Shown in pieces: positions 35,653-45,014 of a stretch of DNA of 55,359 bases (its first letter is position 1; every line of letters starts with the position of its first letter). The DNA is from an uncultured Lachnospiraceae bacterium. GTDB lineage: Bacteria > Bacillota > Clostridia > Lachnospirales > Lachnospiraceae. A program made the translations under genes and the position numbers. The stretch is taken from positions 1 to 55,359 of the forward strand of contig CACXHD010000126.1 of NCBI GenBank assembly GCA_902767335.1, read 5' to 3'. The notes below the pieces were generated by a model. It was not told where the DNA came from, ran no database searches, and worked only from the letters and a program-made list of their open reading frames with translations.

Positions 35653-37101
35653 TTATTGCCCTCTGACGTTCAGAGACAGATTCGAAAAATGAACAGTATT
35701 GTCTTTCGCATAGAGGAAAAGCGGTTTCTCATTTATCCCGTAGAGCCGCACGGTGAAGGCAGCAACATCCTCAATGTAGAATACCCCGACAGAATCCTCC
35801 TGTATGTATTGAAAATGGTACGTTGTTCCCGCTTCCAGCGGGACATTTTTTTCGGCGGGAGCGACGTCCCCGCCGCGGAAATGCAGAACCAGCTTCTGCT
35901 CGGCAGGGTCAATGGTGATGAGCTTGTAATCTTCTTCGCTGTCCTTAAAGTCAAAGGCCAGACCGAAAGCGCCGTTCCCTTCGTAACGGAAATCTCCTTC
36001 CAGCCAAAAACTGTCCGGAGTCGTGCAGAGTTCACGGTATACGTTTTCATCCTGAGCGGAGAGATCCAGAGAAGAATCTGTGGTTTCGAGTTCGTATTCT
36101 TCCTGATACTGGGAGACGATGGCATCTACCGGTTCCAGAACGAGCCCTCCGTCCGGAAGCTGGCGGATCTGCTGCACGAGAAGATTTCCGGCCCACTCAT
36201 TCACTTTCCGGGTATCTCTCTCGGAAGCGGACCGCCTGGCCCAGCCGACCATATACGCACCGCCTTCACTCTCCACGTGCTTTGCAGCGTAGAACAGCGG
36301 CCCGTCGAGACTTTTCGGTTCGGAATAGGGACCGTATGGGTTATCGGAGGCTGCGTACCAGAGAACATCGTCCTGTGCGGAATAGGTGAGATACCAGGTA
36401 TCTCCGATCCGGAAGGTGTCGCTGCATTCCAGGTTATAGACCTTTCCGATCGGATCGGTAAAGATGATGCCGTCATACGTTATTTCAGAAAGATCGCCGC
36501 TCACCGTATATTTCAGTATCCTTGCGATGCCGTCCTGCGAGGCCGTAATCGTGAAGGTAAACGTATCGGTTTCTTCATCGTAATAACCCTGCGGATCACG
36601 GAAATCCCGGTTCTGCTTTAACGATTCATCCGGAGTGATTTCCCATCCGGCAACTTTTTCGAACGAAGTCGGCGTGCTTCCTTTGGCCAGCATCACGGTT
36701 TCCGCATATGGAAATTCATCCGAATCCGTATGACCGGTATAAAACAGATAGTAGGTATCCTTTGCTTTCACAACCGAGCCGGTTCCGACCCAGTCATCCT
36801 GTGCGGGCGGATCTTCCGCTTCCAGGACCGGGTCCTCGTACTCCGTGTAAGACACGAAGTCCGTTGTGGTTGCCAGATAAATGGAGTGATGATAAGAATC
36901 ACCGGCTTCTTTCAGATAATAGATATAATACACCCCGTCTTCATAGTAGGGCATACAGTCACCAACATAGGGCTGAGAGATGCCATCCATCTCTGGAAGG
37001 AAGAAGTTCTGTACAGCGGCCGGATCAGACGCATATGCAGAAAACGTCAAAACCATCGATTCCAGTATCACACATGAAATAAAGCATTTTCTTCTATTCA
37101 T
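35653..37101 (-). CDS. secreted glycoside hydrolase family 32-like (beta-fructosidase/levanase type)
   Basis: ATG 37101 follows AAGGAG, and there is a signal peptide. Clan GH-J motifs are present: an Asp-containing N-terminal block (VGDCMPYYEDGVYYIYY), GTGSVV, LFYTGH, FRDPQ and LECSDTF. A C-terminal beta-sandwich region follows. Confidence 0.75.
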   Translation of the reverse strand: MNRRKCFISCVILESMVLTFSAYASDPAAVQNFFLPEMDGISQPYVGDCMPYYEDGVYYIYYLKEAGDSYHHSIYLATTTDFVSYTEYEDPVLEAEDPPAQDDWVGTGSVVKAKDTYYLFYTGHTDSDEFPYAETVMLAKGSTPTSFEKVAGWEITPDESLKQNRDFRDPQGYYDEETDTFTFTITASQDGIARILKYTVSGDLSEITYDGIIFTDPIGKVYNLECSDTFRIGDTWYLTYSAQDDVLWYAASDNPYGPYSEPKSLDGPLFYAAKHVESEGGAYMVGWARRSASERDTRKVNEWAGNLLVQQIRQLPDGGLVLEPVDAIVSQYQEEYELETTDSSLDLSAQDENVYRELCTTPDSFWLEGDFRYEGNGAFGLAFDFKDSEEDYKLITIDPAEQKLVLHFRGGDVAPAEKNVPLEAGTTYHFQYIQEDSVGVFYIEDVAAFTVRLYGINEKPLFLYAKDNTVHFSNLSLNVRGQ

Positions 37102-37252
37102 CGTTCCCAACTCCTTTTTTTCACAAAAGAAATTTTAGATATTTTAACATTGTTTTCAGATAAATGGCAACTGTCATCTTCCCGGCTTTCTTTAAAGGTT
37201 CATTCAAGGTTGATGGCTTATGATGCCATCGAAAGGGAGATGAGGTGATTTG

Positions 37253-37644
37253 ATGAGCAATAAGGAGATCCGATATCGTCACGAGGTGAAGCATTACCTG
37301 AATCCCTGATCCATCTGGAAAAAAAGAGCAAGCATAACAACCTGGGAACGAAGTACGATGCCCCGCTTTCCGCCGCTGAGGCGCAGAGTATTGTGGAAGG
37401 CGATACCGGACTGATGTGCACGGATTTTCTCAATCCGGATGCGGTTACCATTCCGGCAGGGGAGCGGGTCATTCTCATGGAAGTGAAGTGGGATGCCTAT
37501 CTTCCTTCCGTGATCCGTGATATTGTGCAGACCCGGGGAAGGCAGTCGACCGCTTTTTCAAAATATGCGGATGGTCCTCGCGATGGCCCTTGCCTTTGCG
37601 CTCGGTCTGTTTATTGCAGGAAAATACAGACGGCATTAAGATGA
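37253..37644 (+). pseudogene. decayed VTC (polyphosphate polymerase) domain gene
   Basis: The N-terminal piece MMSNKEIRYRHEVKHYLNP ends at TGA. A shifted frame then gives IHLEKKSKHNNLGTKYDAPLSAAEA and ERVILMEVKWDAYLPSVIRD..STAFSKYA. These match separate parts of the VTC domain, with internal segments missing. Confidence 0.5.
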
Positions 37645-37689
37645 TATGCATGTGGAAGGATACCGGACTTTGCGGCATACGTGTTCCGG

Positions 37690-38802
37690 TCATATGGAAA
37701 CCGCTTTTTTCCGATATTCGGAGGGTGTGAGACGGTAGGCTCTTTTGAATGCTTTCGTAAAATAATCAACCGATGTGTATCCGATCATCTCAGAGATCTC
37801 CGCGATGCCAAAGCGGGTGTTCTTCAGGAGGTCTGCCGCCTTTTTCATTCGTATGTTCATCAGAAGTTCACTGAAAGTCATGTTCATTTTCTCTTTGAAC
37901 ATGCGGCTCAGATAACTTTTGTTGTAGTTAAAGAAACGGGAGAGAAAGTCCAGGCTTACAGAATCATAGTGTTTCTGCGTGTATTCCAGAATCATCAGAA
38001 ACTGACTCTGGACTGTCATAAATTCATCCTGTGTAAAATAGGCGGCAGTACTGCTGTAATTACGAAGGAGGAGAAAAAACATTTCCTGTGTCAGGCAGTT
38101 GCTGACAGCCCCGGAATACCGTGCCGGGCTGTGGGTTTCGAGGATAATGTCCTGGATCAGCTTTGAAAACAGTTCATCTTCCGGAGAGATGTGAAACCGC
38201 AGACTGTGGCGGTTGTTTTTGTTGTAAAGAACATTTTTGAAATATCTTGCAAGAAGATCATCCATCGCCAGTACACTGCCGAAGATCGTATCAAAGGTTG
38301 ACTGCCGCACCATAAACCCGATGACGATGCTGCCTTCATCATTCACTGTCAGATTATGATGCATCTCGGGGGGGATGATGCAGAGTTCGTTTTCTTTCAG
38401 GACATGCCGGTCATTTTCGGCGTCCAGCACGGCGCAGCCGCTGTATATATAATCAATCTCAAGGTGATTATGACGATGCAGCCTGTCATCTACAAATGGA
38501 AGATGGCAGACGGTTTCAACATCTTTCCCCTCCGGGATGATATGTTCTTCGGAGATCACGCTTTTCTGCCGGTTGTTGAGAATAATGTCTGCCGCCACGG
38601 TCGCGGCATCGATCATGTCGATAAACTCCGCTTTTCCCAGAAGGCGGTTGGTCCGGACAGACGAAGAAGAGGCTGGCTGACAGCACAGCCCCCTTCGAAT
38701 AGCTTCTGAAAGCGCCTGATCGAACGCCATTTTCTGATGACAGCGGCGATAGTTTTCCGTCAGGATGTTCCTGAGTGTCCGGATATTCACATAGCGCTCC
38801 AT
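37690..38802 (-). CDS. AraC family transcriptional regulator
   Basis: C-terminal double HTH (LSRMFKEKMNMTFSELL; IAEISEMIGYTSVDYFTKAFKRAYRLTPSEYRKK) with an N-terminal cupin-like sensor. Confidence 0.85.
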   Translation of the reverse strand: MERYVNIRTLRNILTENYRRCHQKMAFDQALSEAIRRGLCCQPASSSSVRTNRLLGKAEFIDMIDAATVAADIILNNRQKSVISEEHIIPEGKDVETVCHLPFVDDRLHRHNHLEIDYIYSGCAVLDAENDRHVLKENELCIIPPEMHHNLTVNDEGSIVIGFMVRQSTFDTIFGSVLAMDDLLARYFKNVLYNKNNRHSLRFHISPEDELFSKLIQDIILETHSPARYSGAVSNCLTQEMFFLLLRNYSSTAAYFTQDEFMTVQSQFLMILEYTQKHYDSVSLDFLSRFFNYNKSYLSRMFKEKMNMTFSELLMNIRMKKAADLLKNTRFGIAEISEMIGYTSVDYFTKAFKRAYRLTPSEYRKKAVSI

Positions 38803-38859
38803 GGGTCACTCCCTTCTGTATTTTCGTCTGATGTTACAGCAGATGAAAAGATGATTGCT

Positions 38860-39741
38860 TTAGCCGTTTTCTGCAAATTGACTTAGCGGCATAAGCCGGG
38901 GATGCTCGTGCAGAGCTTCATTGGGTGCATGCCATACCACATAGGATTTTCCGGTATTCTCCGTAAAAACCATACCATGCCCACCGCCATAGTAAGCAGC
39001 TTCTTCGCCGTGAATCCACGGGCCGGTTATCCCGTTTTCGGAAACAGAGATCCCCATCGCATATCCGCGCTCTGACCAGCTGGACCACAGCATGCACAGC
39101 TTTCCGACACTGTTGTAAAACAGGTAAGGTCCGTCTGAAAAATAGTTATTGCCATCGAGACCGAATTCTTCTCTGGCAAATGGAATGGGTCGTGTCCATG
39201 GAGCGTCTTCGGCGTGAAACAGAGTCTGGGGCTCCGAAACCAGCGCTGTCATATCCTCTGAAAGTCTGGCGGCAACGATCGCCCCTCCGGGCTCCTGCGG
39301 AAAGCTGTGACTGAAGACCAGCCAGGAAGTATTCTCCTCGTCGGTAAAAACCGTTCCGTCCAGGCAGTTCCAGTCTTTCGGCGTGACAGGATCCTGTGTG
39401 AGCAGTGAGAATGTTCCTGCAGGTGTATCACTTTTCAGAATCTGAATCCCCTTTGGCTTTCCTTCCGTACCGAACGTCGCGATCAGATAATACGTATTGC
39501 CTTTCCGAATACATTCCGGCGCCCAGAATTCTTTGTCTGCCCAGAAATTTTCCGGCCGGCGGAAGATCTCTTTCGGCCCGGTCCAGTTTTCAAGATCATC
39601 GCTTTCATAAACGTCAAATCCATTTCCGTGTCCCCAGGCAGTCTCGCTTCTTGTTCCATAAAGATAATACCTGCCGTCATCCGTCAGAATAAAGGGATCC
39701 CGGATTACAATATCTTTTATATTCATATTCTCTGCCCTCAT
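38860..39741 (-). CDS. glycoside hydrolase family 43
   Basis: Motifs RDPFILTDDGRYYLYGT, FWAPEC and DGTVF, consistent with a five-bladed propeller. The ATG overlaps the upstream stop (TGATGA coupling); an alternative start is 39726. Confidence 0.8.
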   Translation of the reverse strand: MRAENMNIKDIVIRDPFILTDDGRYYLYGTRSETAWGHGNGFDVYESDDLENWTGPKEIFRRPENFWADKEFWAPECIRKGNTYYLIATFGTEGKPKGIQILKSDTPAGTFSLLTQDPVTPKDWNCLDGTVFTDEENTSWLVFSHSFPQEPGGAIVAARLSEDMTALVSEPQTLFHAEDAPWTRPIPFAREEFGLDGNNYFSDGPYLFYNSVGKLCMLWSSWSERGYAMGISVSENGITGPWIHGEEAAYYGGGHGMVFTENTGKSYVVWHAPNEALHEHPRLMPLSQFAENG

Positions 39742-41081
39742 CAGTTCTCCTTGTCTGCAGGTTTACCCGGAGCCGGGAAGCGCATCAGTGCGAGAACGGC
39801 TATAAGAGCCATAAGCATCGGCACGCCAAACCGGACAAGCGTGATTCCGTTTACAGTAGCCTGTGGTTCCTGCCCGACCGCATTTGCAATATAGCCGGTC
39901 ATTGCAAGGACGGAACTGAGAATTCCATTTGAAGCCGCAATTCCGAATTTGTTGGAAAAGCCCTTTAATGCAGCGATGGTTCCGTTCATGACAACACCGG
40001 TCTGAGCCAGACTGCGGTCTGTGACTTCTGCCATTATCATAGCACCATATACCATAAACATGGTAGCAAAAAGAGCACCAAGTCCTGAAAGAATAAAGAC
40101 GGCCGGGATGCTGGACTTAAAGAGCAGGCATGCAAGATTGCAGATAAGCGTCAGTGCCTGGGATGCAATGAATGCCTTCTTTAAGGACTTGAAGATCTTC
40201 AGGAACATGGGAACCAGCACAAACGGGCTGAGAAGACCGACCAGGGAGATCGTCATCATGTATTTTCCGATCAGATCCGGCCGCACCATACAGTACATTA
40301 CATAGTATACAGAGGAACTCATCATTACATTAAATCCGATATATCCGGCTACCCAGACGACGACGGCGGGGATCAGGCCGTTGACACGGATCAGAAGGCC
40401 AAGCTGCTTTGCGAGAGGCAGTTTTGTGTCATTTGATTCCGGGACAAAGTCTTCTCTGGTTGTGGCAAACAGACAGAATGAGAAGATCGTCATAAGAATG
40501 CCTGCCAGACCGACAACGATCATATAACCTTTTGCCGTATTTTCACCTCCGAAGAAAGATACCATGGAAAGTGCGAAGGAAGTTGTGATCGCAGTAAAAA
40601 TCCCCATGATCTGTGTGTAGGTGGAAATCAGCTTCTGTCTTTCCGACTCCAGGTTGGTTACCGCGTTGATCAGCGCATTGCAGGGAATTTCAAAGGCGGT
40701 TCTGAGCATACCGTATAAGATATAGAAAACCGCTGCCCATATGATCTTACCGGTTGATGAGATGTTCGGGCTCATGAACAGGCAGACAACGGCGACCGTC
40801 AGACAGCCCGGAACCCATAAAAGATAGGGACGGAATTTGCCGAAACGGGTTTTTGTCTTGTCTGCCAGAACACCCATGATCGGATCATTGACAGCGTCCC
40901 AGATGGATGCGAGTACCATGATGACGCCGGCGGCTGCCGCAGGTATTCCGAAGGTATCAGTGAAGAAGATCATCAGATAAGATCCGACCAGTGACCCCAT
41001 GATCTGATATCCGCTGCCATAGGCCATGCCGTAGGAAAGGATTGTTGCGAGACTGAGCTTTCCGCTTTTTTTGTTGTCCAT
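39741..41081 (-). CDS. glycoside-pentoside-hexuronide (GPH):cation symporter, MFS
   Basis: 446 aa with 12 TM helices and the GPH signature ADKTKTRFGKFRPYLL. Confidence 0.85.
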   Translation of the reverse strand: MDNKKSGKLSLATILSYGMAYGSGYQIMGSLVGSYLMIFFTDTFGIPAAAAGVIMVLASIWDAVNDPIMGVLADKTKTRFGKFRPYLLWVPGCLTVAVVCLFMSPNISSTGKIIWAAVFYILYGMLRTAFEIPCNALINAVTNLESERQKLISTYTQIMGIFTAITTSFALSMVSFFGGENTAKGYMIVVGLAGILMTIFSFCLFATTREDFVPESNDTKLPLAKQLGLLIRVNGLIPAVVVWVAGYIGFNVMMSSSVYYVMYCMVRPDLIGKYMMTISLVGLLSPFVLVPMFLKIFKSLKKAFIASQALTLICNLACLLFKSSIPAVFILSGLGALFATMFMVYGAMIMAEVTDRSLAQTGVVMNGTIAALKGFSNKFGIAASNGILSSVLAMTGYIANAVGQEPQATVNGITLVRFGVPMLMALIAVLALMRFPAPGKPADKEN

Positions 41082-41261
41082 TACTGCCTCCTGCTTTGAA
41101 ATAATTGATTGTTTTTCTTGATTTTAATTGAATTGTCGGGGACAGTCATCATTTGATCTTGACATAAATCCGACTTATTTTGCGGTACCTGTGGCACGTT
41201 TCTTTCTTGCTGTTTTGCCTTCGCCGCCGTGAATCCATTTTCTTGAAAAACACATCTGACT

Positions 41262-41557
41262 CTGTAAAAACAGGACTTACTTATGAGTTTCTGAAATCGC
41301 TGAAAGGAGGAATTGATATAACCATCTCCAGCACACAGGCAGTCTCAAGCGGCTGGAGCAAAGGAGAAGCGGTCAATGATTCCGATGCTTCTCATGTTCC
41401 GGTGCATCGGAAGGTTCATTACCTCTCCTCCAATCCCAAAGTGGCAAAAGTCGGGAAAACGAGCGGAAAAGTAACTGCTGTCTCGGCAGGCACCTGCAAA
41501 ATCTACTGCTTCACGCAAAACGGTCTCCATACAACGGTCTCCGTGAAAGTGCGGTAA
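41262..41557 (+). pseudogene. truncated paralog fragment of the surface-protein gene at 43376-44984 (beta-strand segment plus Big_2 domain, FN3 part deleted)
   Basis: 41262-41345 matches 44268-44345 at about 85 percent identity by eye. 41395-41557 matches 44822-44984 at nearly 90 percent. There is no N-terminal part and no credible start. Confidence 0.5.
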
Positions 41558-41584
41558 ACGGATAGAGCCGGTATCCTGATCAGA

Positions 41585-41623
41585 GTGAGTCATGATGAGT
41601 AGGGGACGTATTTTCTGACTCAC
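41585..41623 (+). repeat. hairpin-family unit, GTGAGT subfamily, left arm split by a 9-nt insertion
   Basis: GTGAGTCA[tgatgagta]GGGGACGTATTTTCTGACTCAC. Confidence 0.7.
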
Positions 41624-41710
41624 CAGCGCAGGCGAGCGAAGAGAGGGCACCCGGGGAGCCGGGAGCGTCGGGAGAAGCGGGAGCGCCCGGGGAATCTGGA
41701 GATAAGGCAA

Positions 41711-41740
41711 GTGAGTCAGGGGACGTATCTTCTGACCCAC
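41711..41740 (+). repeat. hairpin-family unit, GTGAGT subfamily
   Basis: GTGAGTCAGGGGACGTATCTTCTGACCCAC. It begins the second 116-bp tandem unit. Confidence 0.85.
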
Positions 41741-41784
41741 CAGCGCAGACGAGCGAAGAGAGGGCACCCGGGGAGCCGGGAACG

Positions 41785-42198
41785 TTGGGAGAAGCGGGAA
41801 CGCCAGGAGAGTCTGGAGATACGGGAGAAGCGGGACTGCCAGGGAAACCTGAGGAGTCGGAAAAATCGAACGAACCAGGAGAAACACTAGAAAGTGCAGC
41901 CGGATCCGCAGACGGTATCGTATCCGGTCAGGCGTGGGCAGATCTGTCGGCAGCGCAGAAAACGGAAGCAGGTGAAGCAGCGGCGCAGGAAAATGTCGGT
42001 CCACAGCCGGCGGGAGCTTTGGAAAAACCGATGGCTGTAGAAAACGTTGATATAGATACCGGCGATACTGAAACCGGCGATACAGAGATCGGTGATACAG
42101 ATACAAATGACAGCAAAAGCAGATGGATTATGACGATTCTGAGTTTTCTTGTTCTGGGCGTTGGCCTGTTCGTTGCAAAAAAGTATAAACGGCGGTAA
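41785..42198 (+). CDS. Gly/Glu/Pro-rich (collagen-like) ORF ending in a hydrophobic anchor plus KKYKRR; possibly a gene relic
   Basis: The frame is open from 41599, but the only start codon is TTG 41785. The C-terminus is WIMTILSFLVLGVGLFVAKKYKRR. The upstream part is built from a hairpin-containing tandem repeat. Confidence 0.3.
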   Translation: MGEAGTPGESGDTGEAGLPGKPEESEKSNEPGETLESAAGSADGIVSGQAWADLSAAQKTEAGEAAAQENVGPQPAGALEKPMAVENVDIDTGDTETGDTEIGDTDTNDSKSRWIMTILSFLVLGVGLFVAKKYKRR

Positions 42199-42246
42199 GA
42201 TGGAGCCATGAGACACAGAAAGGCAGAGCGAGCCAAGGAAGCCGGG

Positions 42247-42276
42247 GTGAGTCAGGGGACGTATCTTCTGACTCAC
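42247..42276 (+). repeat. hairpin-family unit, GTGAGT subfamily, before SGNH gene
   Basis: GTGAGTCAGGGGACGTATCTTCTGACTCAC, a perfect 9-bp stem. Confidence 0.9.
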
Positions 42277-42305
42277 CCCAACTCACCAGACGGGAAAGGA
42301 TTGAG

Positions 42306-43010
42306 ATGACAATGAGAGAACAGGAAATGCAGGACCTGATCCGGCAGGTTGTCGAAGGGATGTTTGGTCAGGAAAAGGACGGAAAAGTACGCAGATTTCA
42401 GGAACTGAATCCGTATGCGCAAAAGGGACAGATCGTGTTCGCAGGATCCAGTCTGATGGAACATTTCCCGATTTATGAGATGCTGTTGAACCGGAAGCTT
42501 CCGTATATCATTTATAACCGAGGGATTGGCGGATATACAACCGGGGAGCTGCTGGATCATCTGGAGACTTGTGTTCTGGAACTGGAACCGGGTGCAGTGT
42601 TTCTGAATATCGGGACGAACGACATGAACGGAAACGACTATGTGCTGTCGGAATTCCTGGAACGGTACGAGAAGATTGTCATGACAATCCGAAAGAGGCT
42701 GCCGGAAGCAAAGCTGTTTCTGCTTGCCTTTTATCCCGTCAATCAGGATGCGGCGCCGGATCCGAATGCAAGAGAGGCATTCCGGTATCGCACGAATGAG
42801 AGGATTCAGGAGGCAAATCAGGAGATTCGGAAACTGGCGGACAGATATCAGGCTTCGTATTTGGATTTGAATGCCGGTCTGACAGATGAAGACGGGAATC
42901 TGAAGAGAGAGCTTACGATTGACGGCGTTCATATGCATATGGAAGGATATCGGATTGTGATGGAGAATCTTGCCCCCGTACTGAAATCGTTGGCAGAAGC
43001 ACTCAAATAA
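42306..43010 (+). CDS. SGNH/GDSL family esterase-lipase
   Basis: Block I FAGSSL, block II GIGGYT, block III GTNDMN and block V DGVHM. Confidence 0.8.
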   Translation: MTMREQEMQDLIRQVVEGMFGQEKDGKVRRFQELNPYAQKGQIVFAGSSLMEHFPIYEMLLNRKLPYIIYNRGIGGYTTGELLDHLETCVLELEPGAVFLNIGTNDMNGNDYVLSEFLERYEKIVMTIRKRLPEAKLFLLAFYPVNQDAAPDPNAREAFRYRTNERIQEANQEIRKLADRYQASYLDLNAGLTDEDGNLKRELTIDGVHMHMEGYRIVMENLAPVLKSLAEALK

Positions 43011-43147
43011 CCATACGCTTCAACATCTGTTCCCCTGCAGAATTGAAGCCGGGAAATATGTTACTTCAGACAGGAGCATTGACCATTCTTTGGGCAATGC
43101 TCCTTTTGTGTGCGCCATCAACGTGAAAGCACAGCCGGAGATGAGAA

Positions 43148-43240
43148 GAAAAGCAGAAGCGCACAAAAAGCAGAAGCGCACAAAAGCAGAAGCGCACAAA
43201 AGCAGAAGCGCAGAGACGCAGAAACGAAGAAGCGCAGAAG
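43148..43240. repeat. 16-17-bp tandem repeat (AGCAGAAGCGCACAAA) about 4 copies plus a degenerate tail
   Basis: Units start at 43152, 43169, 43185 and 43201, followed by gcgcagagacgcagaaacgaagaagcgcagaag. The repeat is intergenic, between the SGNH gene and the surface-protein pseudogene. Confidence 0.85.
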
Positions 43241-43375
43241 AATGTTTCATGACCGGAAGCAGTCGAAGAGGACAGAACCGCCTCTTTTTTGACAGATTTA
43301 CTGAAAAAACGTTGGAATACTATAGAAAATATGGTTAAATACAGATAGAATAATTCATTCTGGGAGGAGTTGATC

Positions 43376-44984
43376 ATGAAGAAAAGCAAGATTTATGTTT
43401 CTGTATTTCAAAAAATCTTGGCAGTATTGACAATTTTTGCGCTGCTTCTTGTCTGGAACAGGTAGGCTGCATATGCGGCGGATCCGCCCGCAGCCGAGCC
43501 GGCGGAAACGCTGGATCATTATGTTGTGGACGACGTAACGTATTTTAATGTGTTTTCAGAAAACTTTTCCAAACACCCGGAGGAGTATCTGAAGGAACTG
43601 ATGACCACCAAAAGTACGTTCCTGAGCGGGAAAAGCATGGCGGATCTGTGGATGTCGACAGCGGTCGCGCTTTCTCATCACAGTGTGTCAAAAAAGGATA
43701 CGACAATGAATGGCACTGGATAAACGCTACGAATCTGATGAATGAAGTGGCACAGTCCGAAGACGGAGCCACCGTAACGAGAAATCTATATGCAAAAGAC
43801 AGTCCTTCGGAATTCAAGAACTGGCCATATCAGACCAGAAAACACAGCATGCTGTACATGCCCGGCCTGAAAAGAGCAGAGGAGTGGGTCTTCGAAAAAT
43901 TAGCCGAAGACGGCCAAATGAATACTTCAAAAGTTTTTGAGAACAGTGAAGAACAGGGGCCCGTACTGGTGATGGTTGACCTTCTGCATAAAGGCGGCTT
44001 TCTTCCCTATGGTTACGCCGGCGGTTTTAACCGGATCGTGGCAGTCTATCTGTATGACTTCACGGCTGTCCCGATTCTTCCGTCGGATACGGGAAATAAC
44101 TATGTCACAGAGATCATAACGGATACGGAATCGGCTCCGAAGACGGTTGCATCCAATGCAAGAAACATGACGGGGCTGTCTACTTCTGCGTCTCAGACGG
44201 TATCCACATCCCATTCTGTGAATGTCACGAGTAACATCAACGGTTCGAGGAACTATTCTTTCTCTGTATCTGTAAAAACGGGTATTTCTTATGACTTTCT
44301 GAAAACGCTGAAAGGCGGAATTGATATAACCATTTCCAGCTCACAGGCAGCGGCAGCACCGGCGAAAGCAGCAGTAAAGCGGATACATCCCGGAGTGCAG
44401 AAAACGTCCTGTTTTATGTGTATCCGTCCAAAATCACAGGCAGTGCCGTCACATTGAAGTGGAACAGCGTAAAAGGCGCGGATCAGTATGTGATTTACGG
44501 GGCAAAATGCGGATCGAAAATGAAGCAGATCGGTGTGGTTGACAGCCGGACTTTGAGCCAGAAAATTACCGGCATCAAGGGTGACGATCTGAAGAAGGAT
44601 ACCTTCTATAAGTTTTATGTGGCAGCGCTCGCCAATGGCAGTAATCACAAATCCGTATTGCTTGCGGCTACCTCCACGATACACGAGATTCTGAAAGGGT
44701 CCGGGAAATATGCGAATTATACCAGCATACGACTGCATTCTGCAAAAAGCATCAAACTGAAAAAAGGCAAAAAAACCACCATTAAGGCGGAACAGGTAAC
44801 ATCCTCCGGAGCAGGTACTCACGCACCGGTGCATCGGAAGGTTCATTACCTTTCTTCCAATCCCAAAGTGGCAAAAGTCGGGAAAACGAGTGGAAAAGTT
44901 ACCGCCGTCTCAGCAGGCACCTGTAAGATATACTGCTTCACGCAAAACGGTCGCTACAAAACGGTATCCGTGAAAGTGAGGTAA
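43376..44984 (+). pseudogene. secreted surface/toxin-like protein (signal peptide, Ser/Thr-rich beta-strand region, FN3-like and Big_2 domains) with three lesions
   Basis: GGGAGGAG RBS and signal peptide MKKSKIYVSVFQKILAVLTIFALLLV. There is an in-frame TAG at 43463-43465. A frame change occurs at the A6 run 43690-43695, and another near 44345-44355. Track ORFs 43526, 43648 and 44418 join into one protein. Confidence 0.6.
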
Positions 44985-45014
44985 GTGAGTCAGGGGGACG
45001 TTGCTCCTGACTCA
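44985..45014 (+). repeat. hairpin-family unit, GTGAGT subfamily, directly after Big_2 gene stop
   Basis: GTGAGTCAGGGGGACGTTGCTCCTGACTCA. It starts 1 nt after the TAA. Confidence 0.8.

Larger units (their letters stand above)
41585..41826 (+). repeat. two tandem ~116-bp units (first carries a 9-nt insertion), each starting with a hairpin-family element
   Basis: 41585-41710 aligns with 41711-41826 apart from a few substitutions and the 9-nt insertion. Confidence 0.85.

Noticed and set aside
41345-42276. Minus-strand ORFs 41345-42106, 41887-42276 and 41928-42236 as genes.
   Set aside because: They run antisense through the tandem-repeat and collagen-like region, are low-complexity, and lack RBS or start context.
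42273-42938. 221-aa minus-strand ORF opposite the SGNH esterase.
   Set aside because: The plus-strand gene carries all four SGNH blocks. The antisense translation has no recognisable motif.
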